64,000 nt of DNA from an uncultured Candidatus Saccharibacteria bacterium. GTDB lineage: Bacteria; Patescibacteriota; Saccharimonadia; Saccharimonadales; JBBQAJ01. Where the stretch lies: NCBI GenBank assembly GCA_964593805.1, contig CAZQHP010000001.1:91-64090 (forward strand), in the 5' to 3' direction. The notes under the pieces are model-generated. The model made no database searches. It was given only the letters and a program-made list of their open reading frames with translations, and had not been told where the DNA came from. Numbering within the stretch: the first letter of the stretch is position 1; each line of letters starts with the position of its first letter. A program made the translations under genes and the position numbers. Positions 55,270-63,845 of the stretch are shown here, in pieces.

Positions 55270-55787
55270 ACGACTATATAGCGGCTCTACTGTTTTTTCT
55301 TCCGGCTGGAGTGGGTAATATGAGCCCGGTGATTGCCAACAGACTGCCGCTTATCAAAAACTGGAACGCGCCAATGGATTTTGGCAAAAGCTGGCGCGGC
55401 CAGCGGATTTTGGGCGGCAATAAACGGCTCCGGGGCATTGTATTCGGCACAATCATGGGCGGTTTGACGGCTGTTGTTGTCAGTAAATTCAACGCCAATA
55501 CGGTGGTCACCATCGCGCCGTTTTGGGCCGGTTGCCTGCTGGGCTTTGGCGCTTTGGCCGGAGACGCCGTGGAAAGCTTTTTCAAGCGCCAGCACGGATT
55601 GGATCCTGGTGCCAGTTGGTTTCCGTTTGATCAAATTGATTACATAGCCGGCGGCTTGCTGGTAATTTATCCATTTGTCCAGTTGCCTCAATGGTCCATG
55701 GTAACGATTGTGGTGGTATATTTTGGCCTGCATCTCACCACCGCCTACAGCGCGTTTCTGCTAGGCCTCAAAGACAAACCTATTTAG
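55266..55787 (+). CDS. CDP-archaeol synthase-like (CarS / DUF46) membrane protein
   Basis: ..GNMSPVIANRLP....PMDFGKSWRGQRILGGNKRLRG.. and ..GDAVESFFKRQ.....G....FDQIDY.. match the CarS family pattern. ATGA overlap with the PHP gene. Confidence 0.7.
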   Translation: MNDYIAALLFFLPAGVGNMSPVIANRLPLIKNWNAPMDFGKSWRGQRILGGNKRLRGIVFGTIMGGLTAVVVSKFNANTVVTIAPFWAGCLLGFGALAGDAVESFFKRQHGLDPGASWFPFDQIDYIAGGLLVIYPFVQLPQWSMVTIVVVYFGLHLTTAYSAFLLGLKDKPI

Positions 55788-55795
55788 GTATGGGT

Positions 55796-56827
55796 TTATT
55801 CGTCTAGGGCTTTTTTGAACTTTTCTACCAAATCTACAGGGGTGGGGTTGAGACCATTTAAAAGCGCCAGGTATAAGCTGACAAAATCGCCGAACATACT
55901 GGCCCAAAAAATTTGTTTGGCCAAGCTCTCCCCTTGCGGCTCAATAACATGCGGCGCCGGACGTTTGCCGGAAAGCATGCGCTCGCTGACTGCAAAGCGT
56001 TTTTGGACGCGTTTGTGCTCCAGATTGCTGCGGATTTCAATCACCACAAATGGCTTGTCTACGGGGTGGCTTGACCAGCCTATGAATTCGTTATGGTTGA
56101 ATTCGGGATATTGGTTCCACCAGGCAAGGTTTTTGGCATTTTCGTTCATGCAGATTTTCATCTTGTTGGCCACGGGCGCGAGCAGAGGCCCGCTGTAAAT
56201 AATCGGTGTTTTGCCCACGATTTCCAGTGCTAGCTTTTTGGCGGGATTGTCTTTGGTTGGTGTAGTTGGCCCCCATGAACCAGTTTGCTGGCTTAACCAT
56301 TCAGAGACCTGTTTGCGTTCTTCCAGACTGGCTGGATCAACAAAGCCAAGCGGCGCGAATAGTTCAAGTAACGCGGCGATGAAATAAAATGACGACATTC
56401 TGGGCTGTGTGCCCTGCGGGATTGAAAACAACGGCAGATTTTTTTCTTTGGCTTCCGCTGCCAGCTGTCCGCCAGCGGCCATTACCACAATTTGCGCCTG
56501 GTGCTTTTCTGCTTCGTGCAGGGCAGAAAGCGTTTCTTCGGTGTTGCCGGAATAACTGGAAGCTATAAACAGCGTGTGTTCGTTTACGTATTTTGGCAGG
56601 CTGTAGTTGCTCACTACTTCAAAAGGCAACCCTACGCCCGGCCAAGATTTCAAATACAGCGCCGGCCAACCAGACCCGCCCATGCCGCCAAGCATAACGT
56701 TGCGTATCTCTGCCTTGGGCTTAAAAGTAACGCCAAACTGATGCGTTAATTGCTGCCATTGCTTCTCCACCACCCCCAGTGCGTCTTCGGCGTCGCGTTC
56801 GTGAATATACTTTAAGTCGTCCAGCAA
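55796..56827 (-). CDS. Bifunctional phosphoglucose/phosphomannose isomerase (SIS domains)
   Basis: GGAGG-N7-TTG start. ..MLGGMGGSG.., ..FIASSYSGNTEETL.. and ..NPAKKLA.. are typical of the PGI/PMI family. Confidence 0.8.
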   Translation of the reverse strand: MLDDLKYIHERDAEDALGVVEKQWQQLTHQFGVTFKPKAEIRNVMLGGMGGSGWPALYLKSWPGVGLPFEVVSNYSLPKYVNEHTLFIASSYSGNTEETLSALHEAEKHQAQIVVMAAGGQLAAEAKEKNLPLFSIPQGTQPRMSSFYFIAALLELFAPLGFVDPASLEERKQVSEWLSQQTGSWGPTTPTKDNPAKKLALEIVGKTPIIYSGPLLAPVANKMKICMNENAKNLAWWNQYPEFNHNEFIGWSSHPVDKPFVVIEIRSNLEHKRVQKRFAVSERMLSGKRPAPHVIEPQGESLAKQIFWASMFGDFVSLYLALLNGLNPTPVDLVEKFKKALDE

Positions 56828-56908
56828 AACTTTGCCTCCTAAAACGTTTATGTTTTATACTCCATGTGTATATACTATATATGAAATACGAATCTAGGGG
56901 GTGGTTTT

Positions 56909-57469
56909 ATGTTCGGTCACGACGATAATCAGAAGCAGCCAAAAGATACGACTGGTATCATGCCGGCTGTAGTGCCGGATCCAATCGTTACTGCTGGCTT
57001 GAACGGCAGCTCCCCTGCGCCTAGTACGGTGTTTGGCGCTCCCACAGGCGCTCCTGTTGTCCCAGATACCCCCGCCTTTGTTGCTTCAACACCAGATGCC
57101 GCGGATAGTTCGGACTCCACGCCCGCAAATGAAGACCTGTCTGCTTCTGTGTCGCTTCATGAGGGTGACGATTCTTCTAAAACAGATGATGCCACGCCGG
57201 CTACGGACACATCGCCAGCAGATGACGACCTGATGAACCTCAAGCAGCAAGCTTTGCAGCAGCTCAGCCCGCTGGTGGGCCAGCTGGATCAGACGCCAGA
57301 AGAAAAATTCCGCACCACTATGATGATGATCCAGGCTAGCGATGATAAGTCGCTCGTAAAAACGGCTTTTGAATCGGCTCAAAAGATTACAGACGACAAA
57401 GCTCGCGCTCAGGCATTGCTAGACGTTATAAACGAAATCAACTACTTCACTCAGCACAAATCCGAGTAA
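56909..57469 (+). CDS. Hypothetical acidic, Pro/Asp/Ala-rich protein
   Basis: ORF with a G-rich RBS. Low-complexity N-terminal half and a helical C-terminal ~70 aa. Confidence 0.5.
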   Translation: MFGHDDNQKQPKDTTGIMPAVVPDPIVTAGLNGSSPAPSTVFGAPTGAPVVPDTPAFVASTPDAADSSDSTPANEDLSASVSLHEGDDSSKTDDATPATDTSPADDDLMNLKQQALQQLSPLVGQLDQTPEEKFRTTMMMIQASDDKSLVKTAFESAQKITDDKARAQALLDVINEINYFTQHKSE

Positions 57470-57475
57470 AGTATC

Positions 57476-57928
57476 TTAGGCCGTCAAAAAACGGCGATGG
57501 GCTATGTAGGCTAGAACCGAAACGGCTACAAAAATTGCTAGCGTGTCTTCTGGACCGGTACTCGGTAAGTTGGAATTTCTAGCAGAAGTTGGCGTGGTAG
57601 CAGGTGCTGGCGCTGGACTGCCCGTGCTTGGTGACGGCGTTTGCGCTGGAGGTGTGGCTGGTGCAGGCTCGGCGGCTTTGGTACCCTGGTCTTTTGCTGT
57701 GTCCGTTTGCACCGCTACTGGTGCCGGCTTGTCATTATTTTTCAGCTTGCGGAAAGCCCAGCGTCCGCCAAAAAATAGCCCCAGGACAACCAAAACTGTA
57801 ACTAGCAGTGTTGCAAGCGCTAACAGCCAAGCCACGCCGGTGCGTTCACGGCCTTCGGCTTTGTAATAATCTTGAACCTCGGTTGGCATGCCTGCCTGGT
57901 CTATCCTGTTCCTGCGAAATAATGCCAT
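57476..57928 (-). CDS. Small LPXTG-type sortase substrate with an N-terminal membrane anchor and a Pro-rich stalk
   Basis: C-terminal LPSTG, hydrophobic segment LAIFVAVSVLAYIA, and basic tail HRRF. N-terminal TM VAWLLALATLLVTVLVVLGLFF. Confidence 0.7.
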   Translation of the reverse strand: MALFRRNRIDQAGMPTEVQDYYKAEGRERTGVAWLLALATLLVTVLVVLGLFFGGRWAFRKLKNNDKPAPVAVQTDTAKDQGTKAAEPAPATPPAQTPSPSTGSPAPAPATTPTSARNSNLPSTGPEDTLAIFVAVSVLAYIAHRRFLTA

Positions 57929-58108
57929 GAGTGCAAACTCCCTAACTTATGTAATTACCATAGTACAAAATGGCTTTTTAAGCAAGTTGAACTGCTGGCA
58001 TAGAAAAGCTTGTGCTTATTTATCCCTGAGGGAAAAGAGCAGCCGAAGCGTCGGATTCATTCCGCTCCTCGCGCGACGAGAAAAACCGTAGGTTTGTCTC
58101 TGTTACTC

Positions 58109-59779
58109 TTACATCATGCCCATGCCGCCCATGCCTGGGTCGGCAGCTGCGGCTGGTTTTGGTTCTGGGACTTCGACTACGAGCGCACCCATGGTCATGC
58201 TGGTACCGGCAATACTAATTGCATTTCTAATAACTTCTCTGGTTACGCGGGCAGGGTCAATGACGCCCTCACCGATTAGATCTTTTATTGGAGCATCGGG
58301 ATAGTTTACATCGAAGCCCTGTCCGTCTTTTGTTGACCCAAGAATCTCTTCCATCTTTGAGTCAATTGCTTTAACACCCGCATTTCCCATGAGTTGAACG
58401 AACGGCTGCTTGAGCGCTTCTTTGACAAGAGCCCAGCCCGCATGATGCGTACTAACACCCTCTTTTTCTTTAATTCTTTTTGACAGGTCTAAGAATGTTA
58501 CTGCACCACCGGCAACAATACCTTCCGCAAGTGCTGCTTTCACGGCGTGAACTGCATCATCTACGCGGAATTTCTTTTCTTCTATTTCTGTTTCGGTTGC
58601 ACCACCGACTTTTATGACTGCTACCTTGCCTTCCAGTGCGGCTCGGCGCTTTTCTAGGTTTTCTTTGTCGTATTCGCTTGTGGCAGCTTTGGTCTGGGTA
58701 TTAATTTGAGCAATTCTGGCCTTCACCTCACTGACTGAACCACCACCTTCTATGATGGTTGTTTCATCTTTGGTCACAATAATCTTGCGAGCCGTACCTA
58801 CTACATCCAGCTCGACGTTTTCAAAGCTCATGCCACGGTCGTCGGTAATCACTTCCGCACCAGTCAAGATAGCGATGTCATTCAACACGTCTTTGCGGCG
58901 GTCGCCAAAGGCCGGCGCTTTGATGGCAATAGTGTTGAACACGCCCTTTAATCTGTTCAGTATCAGCGTACCCAGCGCTTCGCCGTCTACGTCTTCGGCT
59001 ATTAATACTAGATCTTTTTTGCCAGCCTGGGCTAGTTTTTCCAGAAGCGGCAAGAATTCCTGTATGGAGCTGATTTTTTTGTCGGTAATCACAATGGCTG
59101 GTTTGTCATAAACTGCTTCCATGCGGGAAGTGTCCGTAACCATGTACGGGCTCACAAAACCTCTGTCAAACGTAAAGCCTTCTACTACTTCGCTTTCCAG
59201 TGCCAAGCCTTGGCCTTCTTCTACGGTCACCACGCCATCTTTGCCGACTTTTTCTATCACGTCGGCGATTAGCTTACCAATACCGCTATCACCAGCAGAT
59301 ATGGTGGCGACTTGTGCGATCTTTTCTTTGTTCTTGCCGATATCCTTTTTCATACCATCGAGTTCTTTAATTAGATACTCACCCGCCTCTGCAACAGCCC
59401 TGCTTAGTTCCATTGGATCATGCTTAGCGGTGATGAGTCGATTTGCCTCTTCCAGCAGATGATATGTAAGTACCGTAACAGATGTTGTGCCGTCACCAGC
59501 TACATCGTTCATCTTAGTAGCAGCTTGTTTGATTAGCTCAGCGCCAACCTTATAGCCAAGAGTATCTATTTTCTCTTTTTCATCATATTTTTCCTCCACC
59601 TCCACACTTTTGGCTACTGTCACGCCGTCGTGCGTAACTGTTGGGTGGCCGTAGCTTTTGCTGATAATCACGTTGCGGCCTTTTGGGCCCATGGTGGTTT
59701 TTACGGCGTCATACAAAACCTGCGCCCCGGCCAGCACTCGGCGGCGGGCGTCGTCATCATAAAATACTTTTTTAGCCAT
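58109..59779 (-). CDS. groL: Chaperonin GroEL
   Basis: ..AVKVTMGPKGRNV.. type N-terminus, ..ATVSEIGK.. type motifs, and a C-terminal GMGGMGMM tail. Confidence 0.97.
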   Translation of the reverse strand: MAKKVFYDDDARRRVLAGAQVLYDAVKTTMGPKGRNVIISKSYGHPTVTHDGVTVAKSVEVEEKYDEKEKIDTLGYKVGAELIKQAATKMNDVAGDGTTSVTVLTYHLLEEANRLITAKHDPMELSRAVAEAGEYLIKELDGMKKDIGKNKEKIAQVATISAGDSGIGKLIADVIEKVGKDGVVTVEEGQGLALESEVVEGFTFDRGFVSPYMVTDTSRMEAVYDKPAIVITDKKISSIQEFLPLLEKLAQAGKKDLVLIAEDVDGEALGTLILNRLKGVFNTIAIKAPAFGDRRKDVLNDIAILTGAEVITDDRGMSFENVELDVVGTARKIIVTKDETTIIEGGGSVSEVKARIAQINTQTKAATSEYDKENLEKRRAALEGKVAVIKVGGATETEIEEKKFRVDDAVHAVKAALAEGIVAGGAVTFLDLSKRIKEKEGVSTHHAGWALVKEALKQPFVQLMGNAGVKAIDSKMEEILGSTKDGQGFDVNYPDAPIKDLIGEGVIDPARVTREVIRNAISIAGTSMTMGALVVEVPEPKPAAAADPGMGGMGMM

Positions 59780-59790
59780 GTATGCTCCCC

Positions 59791-60057
59791 TTATTTAACC
59801 GTCGCTAGGACGTCTTCTTCTTTTACCAAAATATAGTCGTCTTTGCCAAGTTTCACATCGGTAGTGCTGTAGCCTTTATAGATAATTCGGTCGCCCACTT
59901 TAACACCTTTAACTTCTTTGCCAACGGCCAAAACTTTGGCCACTTTTGGCTTTTCCTGCGCCCCGCCCGGCAAATACAGCCCGCTGGCAGTTTTGGTTTC
60001 GGCCTCTTCTTGCTGCGCGACCACGTAGTCGGCCAGCGGTTGAATAGGTACACTCAT
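59791..60057 (-). CDS. groS: Co-chaperonin GroES
   Basis: GGAGG RBS and then the ATG at 60057: MSVPIQPLADYVV..ETKTASGLYLP.....KPKVAKVLAVG.. Confidence 0.93.
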   Translation of the reverse strand: MSVPIQPLADYVVAQQEEAETKTASGLYLPGGAQEKPKVAKVLAVGKEVKGVKVGDRIIYKGYSTTDVKLGKDDYILVKEEDVLATVK

Positions 60058-60189
60058 AGTAAGAACTCCTCCCGTTAGATTTATCATTTACCAATTTACA
60101 TTTCCCAGTTATTTGCCATTTGTCATTTCTGAAAAATGCTACCTTGCAAATAATTTGGTAAATGGACAATGGAAACTTAGTAAATGTTT

Positions 60190-60216
60190 CTAGCACTCAC
60201 TATACTAGACTGCCAA
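60190..60216. promoter_or_regulatory. CIRCE-like inverted repeat (putative HrcA operator)
   Basis: cTAGCACTC-N9-GAcTGCcAA compared with consensus TTAGCACTC-N9-GAGTGCTAA (15/18 matches). It overlaps the -10 box of the groES promoter. Confidence 0.6.
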
Positions 60217-60228
60217 TTCCCCTGTCAA
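60199..60228 (-). promoter_or_regulatory. Sigma70-type promoter, TTGACA-N18-TATAGT, for groES-groEL
   Basis: Reverse complement reads TTGACAggggaattggcagtctagTATAGT, about 140 nt upstream of the groES ATG. Confidence 0.6.
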
Positions 60229-60262
60229 GCGATGGCAACTTCTGTCTGGCCAATAGCTTGCG

Positions 60263-60478
60263 TTACCGAGTAATTCTATCGGGGCCGCCAAGCCGAGACT
60301 TAAAAATCAGGGCCAACATTTGTGCGGTTTTAACATCAGCTTCCACTGAGCCTAAATCTGTAAATGCCCGGATATCAGAGACAACGATTGCCTCTACACG
60401 CTCTTCGTATAGGGGAGCTGGTGATGCAGAGCTTGCATGTAATGGCTCGCCTGAAAAAAAATCAATCACTTCCCCCAT
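60263..60478 (-). CDS. Hypothetical 71-aa protein, probably co-transcribed with the upstream 254-aa gene
   Basis: ATG 6 nt after the upstream stop. I recognise no domain. Confidence 0.45.
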   Translation of the reverse strand: MGEVIDFFSGEPLHASSASPAPLYEERVEAIVVSDIRAFTDLGSVEADVKTAQMLALIFKSRLGGPDRITR

Positions 60479-60484
60479 ATTTGT

Positions 60485-61249
60485 TTACTTCTTGCCCGGT
60501 CTATTCGTCGGCCAGTGTTTTCTACTTCTAAGATAAGGACGATAATCCGGCGATTGGCCTTCTTCATAGCTCCGGTGGGCTTGTTTGAGGATTTCCACCT
60601 TTTGGGCATGACTTAGGTCAAAGTCAGCTATGGTTTGACCAATTTCACGTACTAAAGTTGGCAAAGAAACATGCCCTAGTTTTGTTTTTACACTCCCAAC
60701 AGCTACTTCGCTTCCAAGCACAACGTGGCCAAGATGGTAGGCCTTGGCGAGCTTTTCGGCAAAATCATTACCAATAATTTCCAAATCGCTGTCATCGCCC
60801 CCCACAAACAGGTATCTTTCGCTGTAATTATCTAAAATATATGAAGGCAAACCGAAAGTTTGACCCTTAACACGACTTTTACCCTTTCCAGCAGTAAGGT
60901 GGTCAACAAGGTTATGCGCCCGCGTTCTCACGGACAGATGGGGATTAAAATAAGAAGTTCCGATATTTTCTCGCATAAGCGCGCTCGCACCTGGAACCAC
61001 TTCTACTGCACCGAACGGGGTAGGGCGAGTCGCGTCTATGCCATAAGTAACTCCCGGTAGCATACGCGCACCTCTCAACTCCTCAGGGATAAAGCCCGCG
61101 TCAACCATCAGCGGAGTAAAAAGCTGGTCGTGCGAAGCGGCCTGCACGTTGTTCTCAACTTCACCAGCATGCGTGCCAAAACTCACAACTTCCCTTGTGG
61201 GATGGTCGGATCCAGATGACGTATTGGGTTCTGTCATATTAGCTAGCAT
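60485..61249 (-). CDS. Hypothetical 254-aa protein
   Basis: ORF with its own TTGCGA-N16-TATAAT promoter. I recognise no domain. Confidence 0.55.
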   Translation of the reverse strand: MLANMTEPNTSSGSDHPTREVVSFGTHAGEVENNVQAASHDQLFTPLMVDAGFIPEELRGARMLPGVTYGIDATRPTPFGAVEVVPGASALMRENIGTSYFNPHLSVRTRAHNLVDHLTAGKGKSRVKGQTFGLPSYILDNYSERYLFVGGDDSDLEIIGNDFAEKLAKAYHLGHVVLGSEVAVGSVKTKLGHVSLPTLVREIGQTIADFDLSHAQKVEILKQAHRSYEEGQSPDYRPYLRSRKHWPTNRPGKK

Positions 61250-61292
61250 AGCATATTTTTGTTATTAAAGCAAGTATACAGTCCTCATTTTT

Positions 61293-61320
61293 ATTATACT
61301 CTCGGCTCTAATTGTCGCAA
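61293..61320 (-). promoter_or_regulatory. Sigma70-type promoter, TTGCGA-N16-TATAAT
   Basis: Reverse complement reads TTGCGAcaattagagccgagagTATAAT, about 44 nt before the ATG at 61249. Confidence 0.6.
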
Positions 61321-61342
61321 GCATAATTTTAGTAATTAAACT

Positions 61343-62629
61343 TTATCTAGCTTTGACTAGGAGTTTGCGGGCGATTTGGCGTTCGTCCCATGGGACTAGT
61401 TTTCCGCCCAGGTTGCGGCTGTCTTGGTGGCCTAAGCCTGCGAGTATTACCAGGTCGCCTTTTTTGGCTTCTTGGAAAGCCGTTTTGATGGCTTGCCTGC
61501 GGTCGGCTATCACCTGGGTTTTTTTCTGGCCTTTGGCGATTTCTATGCCGGCGTAAACGGCCCTACGGATGGCTTCCGGGTCTTCTTTGTAGGTTTCGTC
61601 ATCTGTTAGGTAAATTTTGTCAGCGTGTTTGGCGGCAATTTCACCCATAATTGGCCGTTTGCCGCGGTCGCGGTCGCCAGTGGCGCCAAAAACCAAGCTG
61701 ACTTTGCCAGCAGCCGCCTGCCGGGCAGCTTCCAGCACTTTGGCCAGGGCGTCAGGCGTGACGGCGTAATCAACCCACACCGTAAACGGCTGGCCGGCGT
61801 CTATGCTTTCCATCCTGCCGGGCACGAGCTTCAGCCCTGCCAAGCCTTTGGCAATAGCCGGCGGCTTAAGCCCCAGCAGTAGCCCCACGGCGGCGGCGGC
61901 GCTGGCGTTATAGACGTTAAACAACCCGGTTAGCTGGATCCGGAGATCAAGCGGTTTTTCGCCGTTCATCAGCTGCCAGCTCATGCCTTTTTTGTCTGGT
62001 TTGACCAAAGTAATTCGTTCTGTGCTGTCCGGTCCCTGGCCATAGCTGACAACTTGCCCTGATGACTGCAGCATAAAGTAGTCATATTTGGCATCGTCGG
62101 CGTTGAGCACGCAAAAAGACGGTTTCATGTAGTCGTTGAACAGCCGGGCTTTGGCCGCCGCGTAGCTGTCCATAGTCCGATGATAATCCAGATGATCCTG
62201 GGTCAGATTAGTCAGCACGGCGAATTCTATGGGAATACCCAGCATTTTGTGCTGGTGCAGAGCCTGGCTGGGAGCCTCCAGCACCACAAAATCCACTTTT
62301 GAGCGTTTGGCATCGCGCAAAAAACGCAGCAATTGTTCGGTTGGCGGCAAGGTAAGGTGTGTTTTGTTGGGCTTGGCTTTGCCATTTACTTCAATAATGG
62401 CCGTTGTGTACATGGCGGTTTTGTGGCCGGCACTTTTGAGCATTTCATTTATAAAACAGCAGGTGGTGGTCTTGCCATTGGTTCCCGTAACCGCAATTAC
62501 CCGCAGGCCTTTGGCTGGAAAGCCAAACCGGGCCTGCAAACTGTAAATCCGGCCTTTGCGATAGCCTTCTTCGGCTAATCGTATGCCTTTGACTGGGAGA
62601 ACTTTGCGAACAAGTTTCTTTGGATCCAT
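61343..62629 (-). CDS. murE: Mur ligase family protein, MurE-like (short N-terminus)
   Basis: ..VIAVTGTNGKTTT.. P-loop, ..LEAPSQAL.., and a C-terminal ..GATGDRD..KRP.MG.. No DNPR motif was seen (..TDDETYKEDP..). The start is uncertain (ATG 62629 preferred; the ORF-track start would overlap tsaD). Confidence 0.75.
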   Translation of the reverse strand: MDPKKLVRKVLPVKGIRLAEEGYRKGRIYSLQARFGFPAKGLRVIAVTGTNGKTTTCCFINEMLKSAGHKTAMYTTAIIEVNGKAKPNKTHLTLPPTEQLLRFLRDAKRSKVDFVVLEAPSQALHQHKMLGIPIEFAVLTNLTQDHLDYHRTMDSYAAAKARLFNDYMKPSFCVLNADDAKYDYFMLQSSGQVVSYGQGPDSTERITLVKPDKKGMSWQLMNGEKPLDLRIQLTGLFNVYNASAAAAVGLLLGLKPPAIAKGLAGLKLVPGRMESIDAGQPFTVWVDYAVTPDALAKVLEAARQAAAGKVSLVFGATGDRDRGKRPIMGEIAAKHADKIYLTDDETYKEDPEAIRRAVYAGIEIAKGQKKTQVIADRRQAIKTAFQEAKKGDLVILAGLGHQDSRNLGGKLVPWDERQIARKLLVKAR

Positions 62630-62651
62630 CCCTCCTAGTATACTTGCTCTC

Positions 62652-63731
62652 ATGATAATTCTTGGCATAGAAACCAGCTGTGATGAAACGGCTTGCGGGA
62701 TTGTGCAGAACGGCAAAAAACTTTTGGCAAATGCAGTGCTTTCCAGCATGGATTTGCATGCCGTATACGGCGGCGTAGTCCCGGAAATCGCCGCCAGAAG
62801 CCACATTGAAGCGATTATCCCTGTTATTCAGCAAGCTTTAGGGCAAGCAAACTGTACTTGGGACGACATTGACGGAATTGCGGTAACCTACGGTGCTGGG
62901 CTGGGCGGTTGCCTGCTGGTGGGCGTCATGACCGCCCGCACGCTGGCAATTGCCAAAAACAAGCCCATGTACGCCGTCAACCACGTTGAAGCGCACGCTT
63001 ATGCCAACTTCCTAACGGAAGTAGCTAACAGCTTACAGCTGACAGCTGACAGCTATAAATTACCGCATTCCGCACCTTCCTTTCCCATGTTAGGGCTAAT
63101 AGTCAGTGGCGGGCATTCGCAGCTGGTCCTCTGGCGCAATCACTTTGATTACACCTTGCTAGGGCAAACGCAAGACGACGCTATAGGTGAAGCGTTCGAC
63201 AAAGTCGCCAAAATACTTGGTCTCCCCTACCCTGGCGGCCCCAGTCTGGAGACATTTGCCAAAAACGGCGACCCAAATGCCTTTAGTTTCCCCAAAGCCA
63301 AGATGAGCAACAGATACGACTACTCATTTAGCGGCATCAAAACAGCCGTTTTGCGCGCTGCCCAGAAATTAATAGGTGAAAACCACGACTTCCCTTCCCA
63401 TAAGCTTTCAGAACGGCTCTCAGAGGCTCAGAAAGCAGACATTGCGGCCAGCTTCCAGCGTGTGGCCGTGGAAACAGTAGTAGACAAGACGTTACAGGCC
63501 TATGAGGAGTTCAATCCACGAAGCGTTGTCATCGGCGGCGGCGTAGCCGCCAGCCCGGAACTTCGCCGCCAATTAGCCGAACGCCTTCCCATCCCTATCG
63601 AATATACAGACATGAAACTATGCACCGACAACGGCGCCATGATAGCCACCCTCGGCTGCTTCAAAGCTATGAATAATCAAGAAAAAGCCGACCCCTACTC
63701 TCTAGAAATCGCCCCAAATTTATCAATGTAA
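62652..63731 (+). CDS. tsaD: tRNA N6-adenosine threonylcarbamoyltransferase TsaD, with a repeat-encoded insertion
   Basis: MIILGIETSCDETA.. and ..NHVEAH...VSGGHS.. The ATG at 62652 lies 7 nt after TATACT. Confidence 0.93.
   Translation: MIILGIETSCDETACGIVQNGKKLLANAVLSSMDLHAVYGGVVPEIAARSHIEAIIPVIQQALGQANCTWDDIDGIAVTYGAGLGGCLLVGVMTARTLAIAKNKPMYAVNHVEAHAYANFLTEVANSLQLTADSYKLPHSAPSFPMLGLIVSGGHSQLVLWRNHFDYTLLGQTQDDAIGEAFDKVAKILGLPYPGGPSLETFAKNGDPNAFSFPKAKMSNRYDYSFSGIKTAVLRAAQKLIGENHDFPSHKLSERLSEAQKADIAASFQRVAVETVVDKTLQAYEEFNPRSVVIGGGVAASPELRRQLAERLPIPIEYTDMKLCTDNGAMIATLGCFKAMNNQEKADPYSLEIAPNLSM
63021..63055. repeat. Tandem heptamers (ACAGCTG-type) x5 inside tsaD
   Basis: gtagcta acagctt acagctg acagctg acagcta. 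It encodes ..VANSLQLTADSY.. between the HxxxH region and the VSGGHS motif. Confidence 0.92.
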
Positions 63732-63845
63732 ACCAGAACAGCAGTTGAACTATTTGTCAATGTTACTTCTCTGTTTGTGTTTTTGGTTTCATGTGAAAGC
63801 GACCTCTGTTTGGCGTTATGTAACAGAGGTGGTATGATGTTGCTC

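Noticed and set aside
55274-55733. Minus-strand ORFs (103 and 148 aa) in the carS region
   Set aside because: They are antisense to the CarS-like gene, whose family motifs are present in the + frame.
62445-62834. A 129-aa minus-strand ORF and the N-terminal extensions of murE (to 62806) and tsaD (from 62583)
   Set aside because: The extensions overlap the divergent partner gene and precede the conserved N-termini (MIILGIETSCDE for TsaD). The shorter starts are preferred.
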